DNA of 53,562 nt from a virus (lineage: Duplodnaviria; Caudoviricetes). Location of the stretch: IMG/VR virus record IMGVR_UViG_3300010413_000045, positions 1 through 53,562 of that record. The stretch is one strand, 5' to 3'. The notes under the pieces were generated by a model. The model had not been told where the DNA came from. It did not search any database and saw only the letters and a program-made list of their open reading frames with translations. A program made the position numbers and the translations under genes. Position 1 is the stretch's first letter. Each line of letters begins with the position of its first letter. This document shows positions 27,380 to 37,200 of this stretch, in pieces.

Positions 27380-27724
27380 ATGGACAATAAAGATTTTTAT
27401 GAGAAGATGACAGAGTGTATTGAAAATAGCCTTTTTAAGTTTATTTCTAAGGGTGAGTTTTTCCAGAACAATTACAGTGACAGAATAGATGTTATGCCAC
27501 TAGTAAAAAACGTTTACAAAAATATGGATCATGAAAGGCTTGAGAAGCTTATTGTTTCTAATTTAGAAGAAGCTGTTGCTAAAAAAATTGTAGACAAACT
27601 TACAACAGAAATGGGTACTGACATAAAGCAATTAATGTCTAATGCTACAATAAGAGACGATTTTAGGTTTTATATGAGAACTGAAGTTCAGAATATTTTA
27701 GACAAGGTGAGAGAGGAACAATGA
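27380..27724 (+). CDS. Hypothetical protein
   Basis: GAGG RBS; operon packing. Confidence 0.65.
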   Translation: MDNKDFYEKMTECIENSLFKFISKGEFFQNNYSDRIDVMPLVKNVYKNMDHERLEKLIVSNLEEAVAKKIVDKLTTEMGTDIKQLMSNATIRDDFRFYMRTEVQNILDKVREEQ

Positions 27725-27903
27725 GCAACAAAACAGCAAAAAAGTACAGGCGAATAGCCAAAAAGGTTATGATCGGTGAACATCATGAAGTCATAAAGCG
27801 GTATCTTGACGGGTATTGTGATATGAAACTGAAAAACCGGATCCGTTTTGCATGGATGATTGTAAAAGGGAAAAATCCTATTCGGATAATGGAGGAAATA
27901 TAA
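27721..27903 (+). CDS. Hypothetical protein
   Basis: ATGA coupling, GAGGA RBS. Confidence 0.6.
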   Translation: MSNKTAKKYRRIAKKVMIGEHHEVIKRYLDGYCDMKLKNRIRFAWMIVKGKNPIRIMEEI

Positions 27904-28193
27904 TGGCGGCAGCGGACTATATTTTGTGTGATAACTGTGATCAAAAAGTTATTTACGATGGAAATGACAACGCAAGGGATTCATTAGAGAATAAATATGG
28001 AGAAGAGTATATTTTTTATTGCCCGAAATGCTTAAAAGAGCTTTTAGAAAAATATGAATCTTTGAGGAATATTGCCAATAAATCTTGCTTCAAATTGAAG
28101 CCACTTTCTCTTGGAATTGTGGATGAAAACGAAACTCCTTATGATGTCGCTGATTCAATTATGAGAGATCTTTACGAGGAGGCAAACAAATGA
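27903..28193 (+). CDS. Zn-finger hypothetical protein
   Basis: CDNC...CPKC; GGAGG RBS. Confidence 0.65.
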   Translation: MAAADYILCDNCDQKVIYDGNDNARDSLENKYGEEYIFYCPKCLKELLEKYESLRNIANKSCFKLKPLSLGIVDENETPYDVADSIMRDLYEEANK

Positions 28194-28375
28194 AAGACCT
28201 ATGCCCTCATTGCTCAAAAAGCATCGACCCAGATTCCATAACATGGAAATACAACGCCAAAGTAGGGCGGGAAGGAAAGTGTCCTCATTGTAAAAAGCGC
28301 ATCTACCTACACCGACAACCCCGCGGACTCGTAAACGGAAAGGACGGCAATCTAGTGCGGAGGTTTCGGAAGTGA
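28190..28375 (+). CDS. Zn-ribbon microprotein
   Basis: CPHC...CPHC. Confidence 0.65.
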   Translation: MKDLCPHCSKSIDPDSITWKYNAKVGREGKCPHCKKRIYLHRQPRGLVNGKDGNLVRRFRK

Positions 28376-29007
28376 GTGAAGAAACAATTAAGAGGTTTAT
28401 CAAAGAAGCGCATGACAATGCTATTAAGAAAGGGTTTTATGATTGTCCGGAGTGTGGATGGTTAGGACGTATAGATTCAGAGCCTTTAGAAGGCGTTGGA
28501 AGAATGATACAAATGACAAAAGAATGCCCCTCATGTGGTGGCCTAAAAATCGACCCCAACAAAAATATCGGCGAACTTCTCATGTTGATTGTCTCTGAGC
28601 TTGGAGAGGCTTTAGAGGCGCATCGGTGTGGACGGTTTGCCGATTGGGATAATTATAATATCAAATATCCAATATCAAAATATGACAAAACAGAAAGGTT
28701 TGAAAAATATATCAAAGACACATTCGAAGACGAAATAGCCGATGTATTTATCCGGATCTTTGATTTGTGCGGGTATCAAGATAGAAAATTGATGATACTG
28801 AGTTCCGAGGAATGGATAACCAAATCGGACAATATTGGCAGGCTTTTGCTCGAAATAACTAAATATGTATGCAATGGACATATAAATGAAGCATTAAACG
28901 GGCTCATCCAGTTTTGCGATAGATTCAACATCCCAATCGAAAAACACATTGAAGCAAAAATGGCATATAACCGGACACGGCCACATAAGCACGGTAAAAA
29001 ATATTAA
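28372..29007 (+). CDS. MazG-like nucleotide pyrophosphohydrolase with Zn-finger insert
   Basis: LMLIVSELGEALEA, FEDEIADVFIR, KMAYNRTRPHKHGKKY; CPEC/CPSC insert. Confidence 0.85.
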   Translation: MSEETIKRFIKEAHDNAIKKGFYDCPECGWLGRIDSEPLEGVGRMIQMTKECPSCGGLKIDPNKNIGELLMLIVSELGEALEAHRCGRFADWDNYNIKYPISKYDKTERFEKYIKDTFEDEIADVFIRIFDLCGYQDRKLMILSSEEWITKSDNIGRLLLEITKYVCNGHINEALNGLIQFCDRFNIPIEKHIEAKMAYNRTRPHKHGKKY

Positions 29008-29107
29008 ATCCAGTCTCCCAGCTCATAACCTCATTGGCACGGTAAATAACCGGAGAAGTGTGCATGCTGTCAAGTCAGCGGTTGGGAGGCTTTAAAGCGA
29101 GGATAAA

Positions 29108-30673
29108 ATGCCACTCCGTCCACACCAACAACGCTTTTCAGAAATATGCCAACAAATTAACGACGGTGCCAAAATTACAGATGTTATAGCATTCGTCGTT
29201 CCAGGTGGAGGAAAATCAACTTATTGCCCGATAGCCTCACAGCTTATTCATGATGATTATACAAAAATATTATGGGTATGCCCGCGAGAATCTCTTATGA
29301 AGCAAGCCGAACAGGGATTCAGAGGAGACGGGATAGTCGATGTCGGAAACCATGATATAAGGCTGGCGAATAATTCGGGAGACGATCCTTTCCGAGGATG
29401 TTCCGGCGCTGTCACATCCTATCAGGGAATTGTCGCACGCCCTGAATATTGGATAAAAATATCTAAGAAATATAAAATTATCCTTTTTCTCGACGAGTAC
29501 GATTCTTTGATCGAAGAAGGGGCATGGTCCGAACCAATAAAGCAGATTTACGGAAACGCTTTTTTTAGGGTATGCGCTACAGGTACAATCGACCGATCTG
29601 ACGAACTGCCTTTACTGTTTACTCCGTACAACGATGACGGATCAATCGATTTCAGAGATACGGAATCAAGAAAGTGGATCATCTACGGCAAAGAGGAATC
29701 AATCCGTGATGGTTCAACAGTACATTTTACAGCCACTCTGATATCAGGATCTGGGAAATATGTCGATCTTGACGGTATAACGAGAAGTTTTAAAAAGTTT
29801 ACCGGGAAAGGTGATGAACTGATTACAGCTTTCCGCACCGACTTTGCCTATCAAATGTTTTTGCTATGCCTGAAAGACTGGAACGAATACAGAAAAGATC
29901 ACCCATGGGCGAAAATAATCATACTGGCAAACAATATTGACATAGCTGAAAAATATAACAGATGGTTCAAAGAAAACGGTTATGATTTTGACATAGCCAC
30001 ATCGGGAGATGAAAAGCTATCAGCTGAAACTATCAGACGTTTTAAAATGCCTAACGGTTATTTCGGAGCGTTAGACGGGATGGTTGGCATCGGCAAGGTA
30101 TATAAGGGCCTTGATATAAAACCGGCCACATTCCTTGTTTTTCTCACTCGCATCCGTGGTAAATCCTGGGTTGATCAGGCGGTCGGAAGGGTTCAGCGGG
30201 CATTCAAAGGAAAGACTGAGGCTTTTGTTTATGCTCCAGATGATCCAAAAATGAGGAAAGTATTACAGGAAATATCAGATTGTGTTATCCGTAACGCCAC
30301 AGCCGACCCACCAGAGAAAAAAGGAACCTACACATCAGATGAAGAAGCCGGACCGGCACGAACTATCCAGGCTTTATACTCAAAAGCAAATATAGACATT
30401 CCTCAACCCGACCTACCGCTAATTACCGAACATCATGAAACTCAGTCCGAGATCGAGAAGAGGCTTAGAGTAGAAATAAATCACACAATATCTAGGATAA
30501 TATCAAAAGAAGATCAAGGTAACATCAAAACAAAACAAAGAATTATATTTATGAGAATAAGACAAATTGTGAATAATGGAAGAGACGAAAATGGCAAACT
30601 TATTAAAAAATCATTTGATGAGATGTCTATAAAAGAGCTTAAAGCTGTTAAGTTATTTGTTGAAATGTTTTAA
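29108..30673 (+). CDS. Superfamily 2 helicase
   Basis: LRPHQ, PGGGKS, LDEYD, TGT, GLDI, QAVGRVQR. Confidence 0.88.
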   Translation: MPLRPHQQRFSEICQQINDGAKITDVIAFVVPGGGKSTYCPIASQLIHDDYTKILWVCPRESLMKQAEQGFRGDGIVDVGNHDIRLANNSGDDPFRGCSGAVTSYQGIVARPEYWIKISKKYKIILFLDEYDSLIEEGAWSEPIKQIYGNAFFRVCATGTIDRSDELPLLFTPYNDDGSIDFRDTESRKWIIYGKEESIRDGSTVHFTATLISGSGKYVDLDGITRSFKKFTGKGDELITAFRTDFAYQMFLLCLKDWNEYRKDHPWAKIIILANNIDIAEKYNRWFKENGYDFDIATSGDEKLSAETIRRFKMPNGYFGALDGMVGIGKVYKGLDIKPATFLVFLTRIRGKSWVDQAVGRVQRAFKGKTEAFVYAPDDPKMRKVLQEISDCVIRNATADPPEKKGTYTSDEEAGPARTIQALYSKANIDIPQPDLPLITEHHETQSEIEKRLRVEINHTISRIISKEDQGNIKTKQRIIFMRIRQIVNNGRDENGKLIKKSFDEMSIKELKAVKLFVEMF

Positions 30674-30688
30674 TAAAAAATATATAAT
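30660..30688 (+). promoter_or_regulatory. Promoter for leader RNA and HNH gene
   Basis: TTGAAA-N17-TATAAT, 6 nt before P1. Confidence 0.7.
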
Positions 30689-30694
30689 TTATAT

Positions 30695-30774
30695 ATCAGG
30701 CGGTAGGCATACCGGGGGGAGTTCAACACCTTCTCCCCCAAACCTGATTATTTTACAGGTGTTAGGTGTTGTCT
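30695..30774 (+). ncRNA. Structured leader RNA, copy 2
   Basis: ATCAGG/CCTGAT; CGGTA/TACCG; GGGGGAG/CTCCCCC; loop AACACCT vs AGGTGTT-AGGTGTT. Confidence 0.8.
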
Positions 30775-31551
30775 ATGTCAAATAAAATCTGTTCAGTTGA
30801 TGGTTGTTTTTCTAAAGTTTTATGCAAAGGTTTTTGTGTCAAACACTACCAGAGGAACAAAAGGCACGGAGATCCACTTTATTATGAATACAAATCAACA
30901 TGTTCTATTGATGGTTGTAATAATAAGCATGTTGCTTTTGGATATTGCATGAAACATTATTCAAGGTATAGAAATAATGGAGATGCTAAAATATCTTTAA
31001 TAAACAAAGACCATGATGAATTATGTTCTGTCAATGGATGCAGTAATAAGTATTTCTCTAAAGGTTTATGCAAGAAACATTATGAAAGGTTTAAAAAATA
31101 TGGAGATGTAAATTATACAAAGTTAGGAAGAGATCTTGAATGTCATGGAATGACTAGCTCTCCAGAATATGTATCGTGGAGAGAAATGAAGAATAGATGT
31201 ATAAACAAGAAGTCAAATAGGTATTATAGATATGGTGGCAGAGGGATAAAGGTTTGTGATAGGTGGTTAGAGTCGTTTGCAAATTTCTATGAAGATATGG
31301 GTCCAAAGCCTTTTCCTAAAGCTCAAATAGACAGGATAGACAATGATGGAAACTACGAACCTAGGAATTGCAGATGGATAAGCTTGCTTGAAAATATGCG
31401 TCATACATCTAGAGTAAAGTTGTCTATTGAGAAAGCTAGGAGAATAAGAAGTCTATGTAATAGCGTTTCTACTAAGGATTTAGCTAAAATGTATGGAGTT
31501 TCTGAATCTTTGATATCAAAAGTAATAAAAAACGAAATATGGATAGAGTGA
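30775..31551 (+). CDS. HNH homing-type endonuclease with three CSxxGC-CxxHY repeats and C-terminal HTH
   Basis: YGGRGIKVCDRW, IDRIDNDGNYEPRNCRW. Confidence 0.9.
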   Translation: MSNKICSVDGCFSKVLCKGFCVKHYQRNKRHGDPLYYEYKSTCSIDGCNNKHVAFGYCMKHYSRYRNNGDAKISLINKDHDELCSVNGCSNKYFSKGLCKKHYERFKKYGDVNYTKLGRDLECHGMTSSPEYVSWREMKNRCINKKSNRYYRYGGRGIKVCDRWLESFANFYEDMGPKPFPKAQIDRIDNDGNYEPRNCRWISLLENMRHTSRVKLSIEKARRIRSLCNSVSTKDLAKMYGVSESLISKVIKNEIWIE

Positions 31552-31577
31552 TTTAGTGAAAATGTTTTAATTTATTA

Positions 31578-31606
31578 TTGCATTGTGTGGTATGGTGTGA
31601 TAGTAT
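31578..31606 (+). promoter_or_regulatory. Promoter of tRNA-like RNA / recombination operon
   Basis: TTGCAT-N17-TAGTAT, closely similar to GNAT promoter. Confidence 0.7.
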
Positions 31607-31614
31607 TGATATTA

Positions 31615-31765
31615 GGCAAGGTGGCGAAATTGGTAGACGCCGTTGACACCTTTAACGAAAATGCTGGGGATATGAGCCATCCGCCTGAACCGAGTGGTGT
31701 AGGTCACATAAAGTGGGTAATGCTGATCCTTAACCGGCTTGTAGGTTCGAGTCCTGCCCTTGCCA
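31615..31765 (+). ncRNA. tRNA-Leu-like RNA (151 nt) with degenerate anticodon arm and giant variable arm
   Basis: GGCAAGG/CCTTGCC-A; GCG-AAATTGGTAGA-CGC; GTAGG-TTCGAGT-CCTGC. Confidence 0.8.
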
Positions 31766-31794
31766 TCACTATATTTTTATTAAGCGAGGTATTT

Positions 31795-32217
31795 ATGACC
31801 AAAGAAACTCTTATCGAACTGAGAGACGCTCAGAAGGAAGCCGATAAACTGGCTGAAACTCTCAAAGAAAAACGGGACGCATTCGCAAAGACCATTGAAT
31901 CGGAATCGGCGAATTATGCGGAACTCAACAATCTGATTTCTTCCCTGAAGCTGGAACTCACCGCCGAAGCTCTTTCCGACTACGAAGCGAATCCGGCAAG
32001 CAAAACTCTGAATGGTGGGATTAAAATCCGGTCAAGCCAGTCCGTCGAGTATGATGATTCTGACGCTCTGAAATGGGCAAAAGAAAAGGATATGTTCCTG
32101 ACTCTGGATAAAAAAGCCTTTGAAAAAGCGGCTGCCGGTATGGATCTGGATTTCGTGAAAACCGTCACGGTCAATAAAATAGCTTTCCCGACTGCTGGCG
32201 TTGTGGTGGAGGATTAA
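31795..32217 (+). CDS. Gam/Gp157-like protein (tentative)
   Basis: Coiled coil then KTLNGGIKIR...ALKWAKE...LDKKAF; true start after the ncRNA. Confidence 0.55.
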   Translation: MTKETLIELRDAQKEADKLAETLKEKRDAFAKTIESESANYAELNNLISSLKLELTAEALSDYEANPASKTLNGGIKIRSSQSVEYDDSDALKWAKEKDMFLTLDKKAFEKAAAGMDLDFVKTVTVNKIAFPTAGVVVED

Positions 32218-32218
32218 G

Positions 32219-32785
32219 ATGGTTGCGGAAATCGGTGATTCTGGAAAGGTGTGTAATGGTTGCGGAATATATTTACCATTAAAAAACTTTTCAAAGCACA
32301 AATACAGTAGAGATGGTTACAAATCTACATGTAAAAAATGCATTGCTGCGAAAAGAGCAGAAACTGCTGATTGCGAGAATGCAAAAAGAAGATCCGATTA
32401 CGCATCAGATCCAGAAAAGTATAAAAAAAGATCAAAGGATTATGCAGAAAGAAACCAAGAAAAGGTCAGGTCAAGAAAGAGACGGTATTCCGAGCTGAAT
32501 AGGGAAAAGATTTTAAGAAAGCATAGAGAGTACAATAAATCTCACCCTGAAAACAAAAGAAAACGGTACACAGCATATCCTGAAAAATCAAAAGCAAGGT
32601 CAATTCTTCAACACGCAATAAGGAGAGGAGAAATAAAAAGATTGCCATGTTGTGTGTGTGGAAACATCAAATCTGAAGGGCATCATGATGACTATTCAAA
32701 GCCTCTTGAAGTTGTTTGGCTTTGTAGGAAACATCATTCTGAAAGACATATTGAAATAAGAGACAAGGAGAATAAATATGAGTAA
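32219..32785 (+). CDS. HNH-like Zn-finger protein
   Basis: CNGC...CKKC; PCCVCG...EGHHDDYSKPLEVVWLCRKHH. Confidence 0.8.
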   Translation: MVAEIGDSGKVCNGCGIYLPLKNFSKHKYSRDGYKSTCKKCIAAKRAETADCENAKRRSDYASDPEKYKKRSKDYAERNQEKVRSRKRRYSELNREKILRKHREYNKSHPENKRKRYTAYPEKSKARSILQHAIRRGEIKRLPCCVCGNIKSEGHHDDYSKPLEVVWLCRKHHSERHIEIRDKENKYE

Positions 32786-33791
32786 TATCATAGAAGAATA
32801 TAAAGACAAAGCTCTTGTTCTCACACGCCGTGAAGAGCAAGTTGATAATGACATATGGAAGACATTAAACACAATTATTCCTGTAACTCCAGACATGTTC
32901 CATAATATGGGATCGGATAAAAAGCCCCAGTACTACCCGTCCAAACAGCTAACCAATCTTATTGGTTCAGCCATGGGAATCGAGTTTTCTTCCGACATTC
33001 GTGTGGAATACGTTTACGGAACCGAAACAATTCATCCCGACGGAACAAAAACAAGAGAGCCTGTCGGAATCCGCTGTATTAAACAGGGGAAACGCCGTAG
33101 ACCTGATGGGACATGGCAGACATCTTCCCCTTGCTCCTACACTTTTAACTGGGCTGACCGCGCCGAAGAGGATTTCCTGAAAGATATGGATTATATCGGT
33201 CAGAAGTGGCCTGACGGAAACGATAAGGCAAAATACAACTTTCCCGATAATCCCCAGAAGGAGAAAATCGCACAGCGGCGTCATGTCCTGGAACTGAAAA
33301 AACACGCTGAGCAGAGAGCTTCTACAGGTGCAGAGCTTATAGTCATCCGTGAGCTTTCCGGTATGCAGACCTCTTTCAAACCGGGAGACCTCAAGCAAGG
33401 GATTATCGTTGTTTCTCAGATTGCCAAGTCTGAAGAGTACCAGGCTCTTGAGGCACGTGCTAAGTTGGATAGTCTCCGGCTCGGTGGTAAAGTTGCTGAA
33501 TCTGTCAATGAAGCGTCAAACCTACTGACTGGTAATGGGTTCAACATCCACGAACCGACCGAAAACCATGAAGAGCCAGATCAGCCAAGCGGGGAAGTGC
33601 CTGAGTATTCGGAGAGCGAAGAGAGAACTCCACTCGAAACAGAGTACTATGAACTCATCGAGAAGGTTTCTGAAGACCTTAAAAACTTTTTGGAAGAGCA
33701 GCGCAAGACTAACGCCGACGCGATAAAGGACCCTGAAAAGTACTACAAATGGGCTGTCGAAACTCACGGGAATCAGGCAAAAGGAGCGTAA
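32778..33791 (+). CDS. Hypothetical protein, possible recombinase/annealing protein
   Basis: 337 aa between Gam-like and SbcCD genes; acidic linker; family not recognised. Confidence 0.45.
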   Translation: MSNIIEEYKDKALVLTRREEQVDNDIWKTLNTIIPVTPDMFHNMGSDKKPQYYPSKQLTNLIGSAMGIEFSSDIRVEYVYGTETIHPDGTKTREPVGIRCIKQGKRRRPDGTWQTSSPCSYTFNWADRAEEDFLKDMDYIGQKWPDGNDKAKYNFPDNPQKEKIAQRRHVLELKKHAEQRASTGAELIVIRELSGMQTSFKPGDLKQGIIVVSQIAKSEEYQALEARAKLDSLRLGGKVAESVNEASNLLTGNGFNIHEPTENHEEPDQPSGEVPEYSESEERTPLETEYYELIEKVSEDLKNFLEEQRKTNADAIKDPEKYYKWAVETHGNQAKGA

Positions 33792-33792
33792 G

Positions 33793-33999
33793 ATGGCAGA
33801 ATTAACAGGACTTGAAATCAAAACCATCAGGGGAATGACTGGATTAACTCAAAGAGAGTTTGCCGAAAAGATGAAAGTAAGCTATTCCCTTTTATCAAAA
33901 GTGGAAATTGACCAGAAAAAGCCCCGTCCCGTTTTCTATGAGCTTGTCCGGCTTATTTTCCCCGAAGAATACAAGAAATTGATGGACAGCAAAAAGTAA
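33793..33999 (+). CDS. XRE-family HTH regulator
   Basis: IRGMTGLTQREFAEKMKVSYSLLSKVE. Confidence 0.9.
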   Translation: MAELTGLEIKTIRGMTGLTQREFAEKMKVSYSLLSKVEIDQKKPRPVFYELVRLIFPEEYKKLMDSKK

Positions 34000-34038
34000 T
34001 TATAGGGCTGAAATATGCCCTATTCTATAATATTATTG

Positions 34039-34067
34039 TTGCACGTTGTGTTGCGCTGTGATATTAT
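34039..34067 (+). promoter_or_regulatory. Promoter
   Basis: TTGCAC-N17-TATTAT. Confidence 0.7.
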
Positions 34068-34092
34068 AAGATATATTAAGCGAGGTATTTAT

Positions 34093-34275
34093 ATGAAGAA
34101 AAATTGGATTCATTTATTCATAAAGTCTGTATTTTCAGCTCTTGCTATTTTTGGATTTATTTCAGCTTTTCTTGTTGCTTTCGGTAAAACAGAATATAGC
34201 AAATGGATTTATTCTATAGCCCTGTTTTATGCTGGTGGATATTTTTTAAAAGAATCTGAAAGGTACAAGCCATGA
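34093..34275 (+). CDS. Small 2-TM protein
   Basis: GAGGT RBS; two hydrophobic helices. Confidence 0.65.
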   Translation: MKKNWIHLFIKSVFSALAIFGFISAFLVAFGKTEYSKWIYSIALFYAGGYFLKESERYKP

Positions 34276-37200
34276 ATAAACTACTCGAACTTTCAGACAT
34301 TCACCTTGACGCTTCGTGGATCGATGAATCCGAAGCGGATATGAATAGAGCTTGTGAAGTAGCCTTACAGGAAAAGATTGACGCTTTTACCATATCCGGT
34401 GATTTCTTCAACAAGGCTCCTATGGCTACAGAGCATTCAAAGTGGCATAGAATGTTAAGAATTGCCAGAAAACTACAGCAGACTGCACAGGTGTTCTATG
34501 TCAAAGGAACTCCGAGCCATGACGCACCAGGAGTCTATGAAGCTCTTGAGGATATCGGATGGAAAGAAATCAATATCGGGAAATCCCATGAAGTCGGAGA
34601 TCTGCTGATTATGGGAATCCAGGAAATTACACCGGCTTTTATCATGGCGAAATATCCGGAACTGAGCAAACAGGATGCAATTGCCAAACAGTACGATCTT
34701 GTGAATCAGATTATTTCTGATTATTACATTCCCGTATCAACCGGCCATGATGGCCCTGTCCATTTCATGCTCCACGGTCATGTCTCCGGCGCAAAGTTCA
34801 AATCGGACCAGAAGCCCCGGACAAGCGAGTTCATGTTCTCGGAGCAGCTTTTATCCACAATCGGAGCGGATAGAATACAGGCTGGACACATTCATTTCCC
34901 GCAGGATTTCAAAGAGATTTCAGGCGGTTACGTCGGTTCCTCTCACCTAACATGGGGAGATACTGGATTTATTCCCGGTTTTAATGTCGTGACATACTCA
35001 CAGCACGAAGAACCTACCGACAGACCATTTGATGACGACGGTTTTAAAATGGTATGGAAAACCGATGTTAAAAGATTTGACTACGGAAAACCGGAACGCC
35101 AGAAAATTGTTGTTGATGATCTCGATATCTTCGTTGATATTCGCGGAAAACTCAGAGAAGGCGTTGATACTTGGATCGAGGTTAAATGTGATCGAGCCTT
35201 TGCTGACCAGTTCGATTGCAACGAATCTCTTTCTCAGATTATGAGAGACGTAAAGCTCGGCCAACTCTCAAAAATCACCTGCGACGTTCAGCACGAAGAG
35301 CACACCAGAATTGACACGGAGACTTACGAAAAAGCGAAAACCGTTGAAGAGCTGTATAAACTCTACGACCCCGATGTAACAGATTCTATCCTCCTGAAAG
35401 TCCTGGAAGCGGAAGAGGCTACATCTCAGGATAAAGCATCAGCCGTGCAGCATACTTTTGAGCTTATGGATGTATATCTGAAAGGATCAAAAGCCGGACA
35501 TGAGAACGGCGTTGAAGAAATCCGAATGGACTGTGATGAAGTCGCCAATGGTTTAACATTGCTCACAGGCCCCAATGGTATAGGGAAATCATTCACTCTC
35601 GGTTTTTGCACCCCTTTTTCTGTACACCTACCTACTGGCATAGACCTTAAAAAACTGTTTGAATCAAAAGATTCTCAGATTATCAGACGTTTCCGTATGG
35701 ATGGCAACAAGGTGATTACTCAAAAGATCGTCATAGACCCCACTCTGGCCAGTCCTACGGCGAAATGGTACATGGATATTGACGGAGCGCCTTGCGATAA
35801 TGTAACGGGCAACCTGGCACCATTTAACGATGCTGTTATTGACCTATTCGGCTCTCAGGAAATGTTTATGACATGCGCTTTCCGAGGGCAGAAAGACAAC
35901 CCGAAAATCCCGAGCCTTGAGAAAGCATCAGAATCGGACTTGCGCGGTATTTTTATGAGCCTGGCCGGGATTGACCGTGGACCGATGAAAGATTACGCTC
36001 ATGGGAAGGTAGTTGATTTGAATCGGGAATCTGAACTGAATGCCAGGGAGATTGAGACTATCGGCGGTATGATTATTGATGAATCAGTAATCGAAGCAGA
36101 TATCTACAACACTGAATGCAATATTGATAAATCGAAGACTGATAAAGACAATCACTCACAGTCTCTTGAATCTCTACGCGCGAAACTCTCATCCATGGAT
36201 CGGATAAAATCTGAAAACGAAATAAAGCAGAAACAGATTGACGGACTGAACCAGGAGCTAAAAACCATAGAGTCCAGAATCTCAGAACTTACATCAGAAA
36301 GATCCAGACTGCAAGCCTCAGCTGATTCCTTAGAATCAAATCAGAAAAAACGAAACGAGCTTATTGTAATTCGCAACGATTACACCGAAACAAGCCAACA
36401 GTATTTTAATCTGCAGGAAAAACACAACCAAGCTATAAATGATTATCGGGTTAAGCGTGAGGCCATAGAAAAGCAGCTGAACGAGATTAAGGAAAATGGG
36501 GCGAAACTTCGGGAGACTGAGAAAGATTTAAATATGGCTTACGGCTCAATCGGCCTCACAATCACCCATCTTAAAGAAGCAAAGGAAAGAGAAAATCAAC
36601 CTTGTGAGCATTGCGGTAAACTGTCAAGTAATTCGGCTCAGAAAATGACAGAATATCAGAATCAGATAATAGAGAATCAGAAGAAACTCGAAAAGACTGA
36701 TAAGCAGATAGATGAAGTCAAAGAGTTAATCAATAAAGCCCTGTCTGAATACCGTACCACCGAAGCAACTCTACCAACAGAACCGCCCGAACCTTACGGA
36801 TTATCTGACCTGAAAGCCAAATATCAGAACGCACCGGATTTATCAAAGCTGTCCACTCTTGAAGCTGAAATAAAAGCCGCTGAGACATCCGCATCAGAGA
36901 TAATGAAGATTGACACGGAAGAACGGGAGAAAGTCGCGCAGGCATCCAATATTAAGTCAAAAATTGAGGAATTGACTGTTTCTGTTGTGGAGTTCAACGA
37001 AAATACATACTCTTCTGTAAAATGGAGCATCACAGAAGCTGAGAACGCCATCAAGGAGGCTGACAGGCTCATCACTCAGTCAGAATCCGAAATCAAAAAT
37101 CTCAGATCTAAACTGGAAGAGAACGCAGGACGTAAAGCGAAAATAGCCGAACTGGAAAAAGTTAACGGTAAGATTACGGCGGATATATCGGAATGGAAAG

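Noticed and set aside
29022-29030. CTCATAA as a tRNA-Met anticodon loop
   Set aside because: Flanks do not form an anticodon stem and no D-arm is present
31615-31765. tmRNA or group I intron-containing tRNA
   Set aside because: It has a D-stem, lacks the G3-U70 Ala determinant, and the insert is far too short for either
31585-31794. N-terminal 70 aa of the 210-aa ORF
   Set aside because: Overlaps the promoter and tRNA-like RNA; the RBS supports a start at 31795
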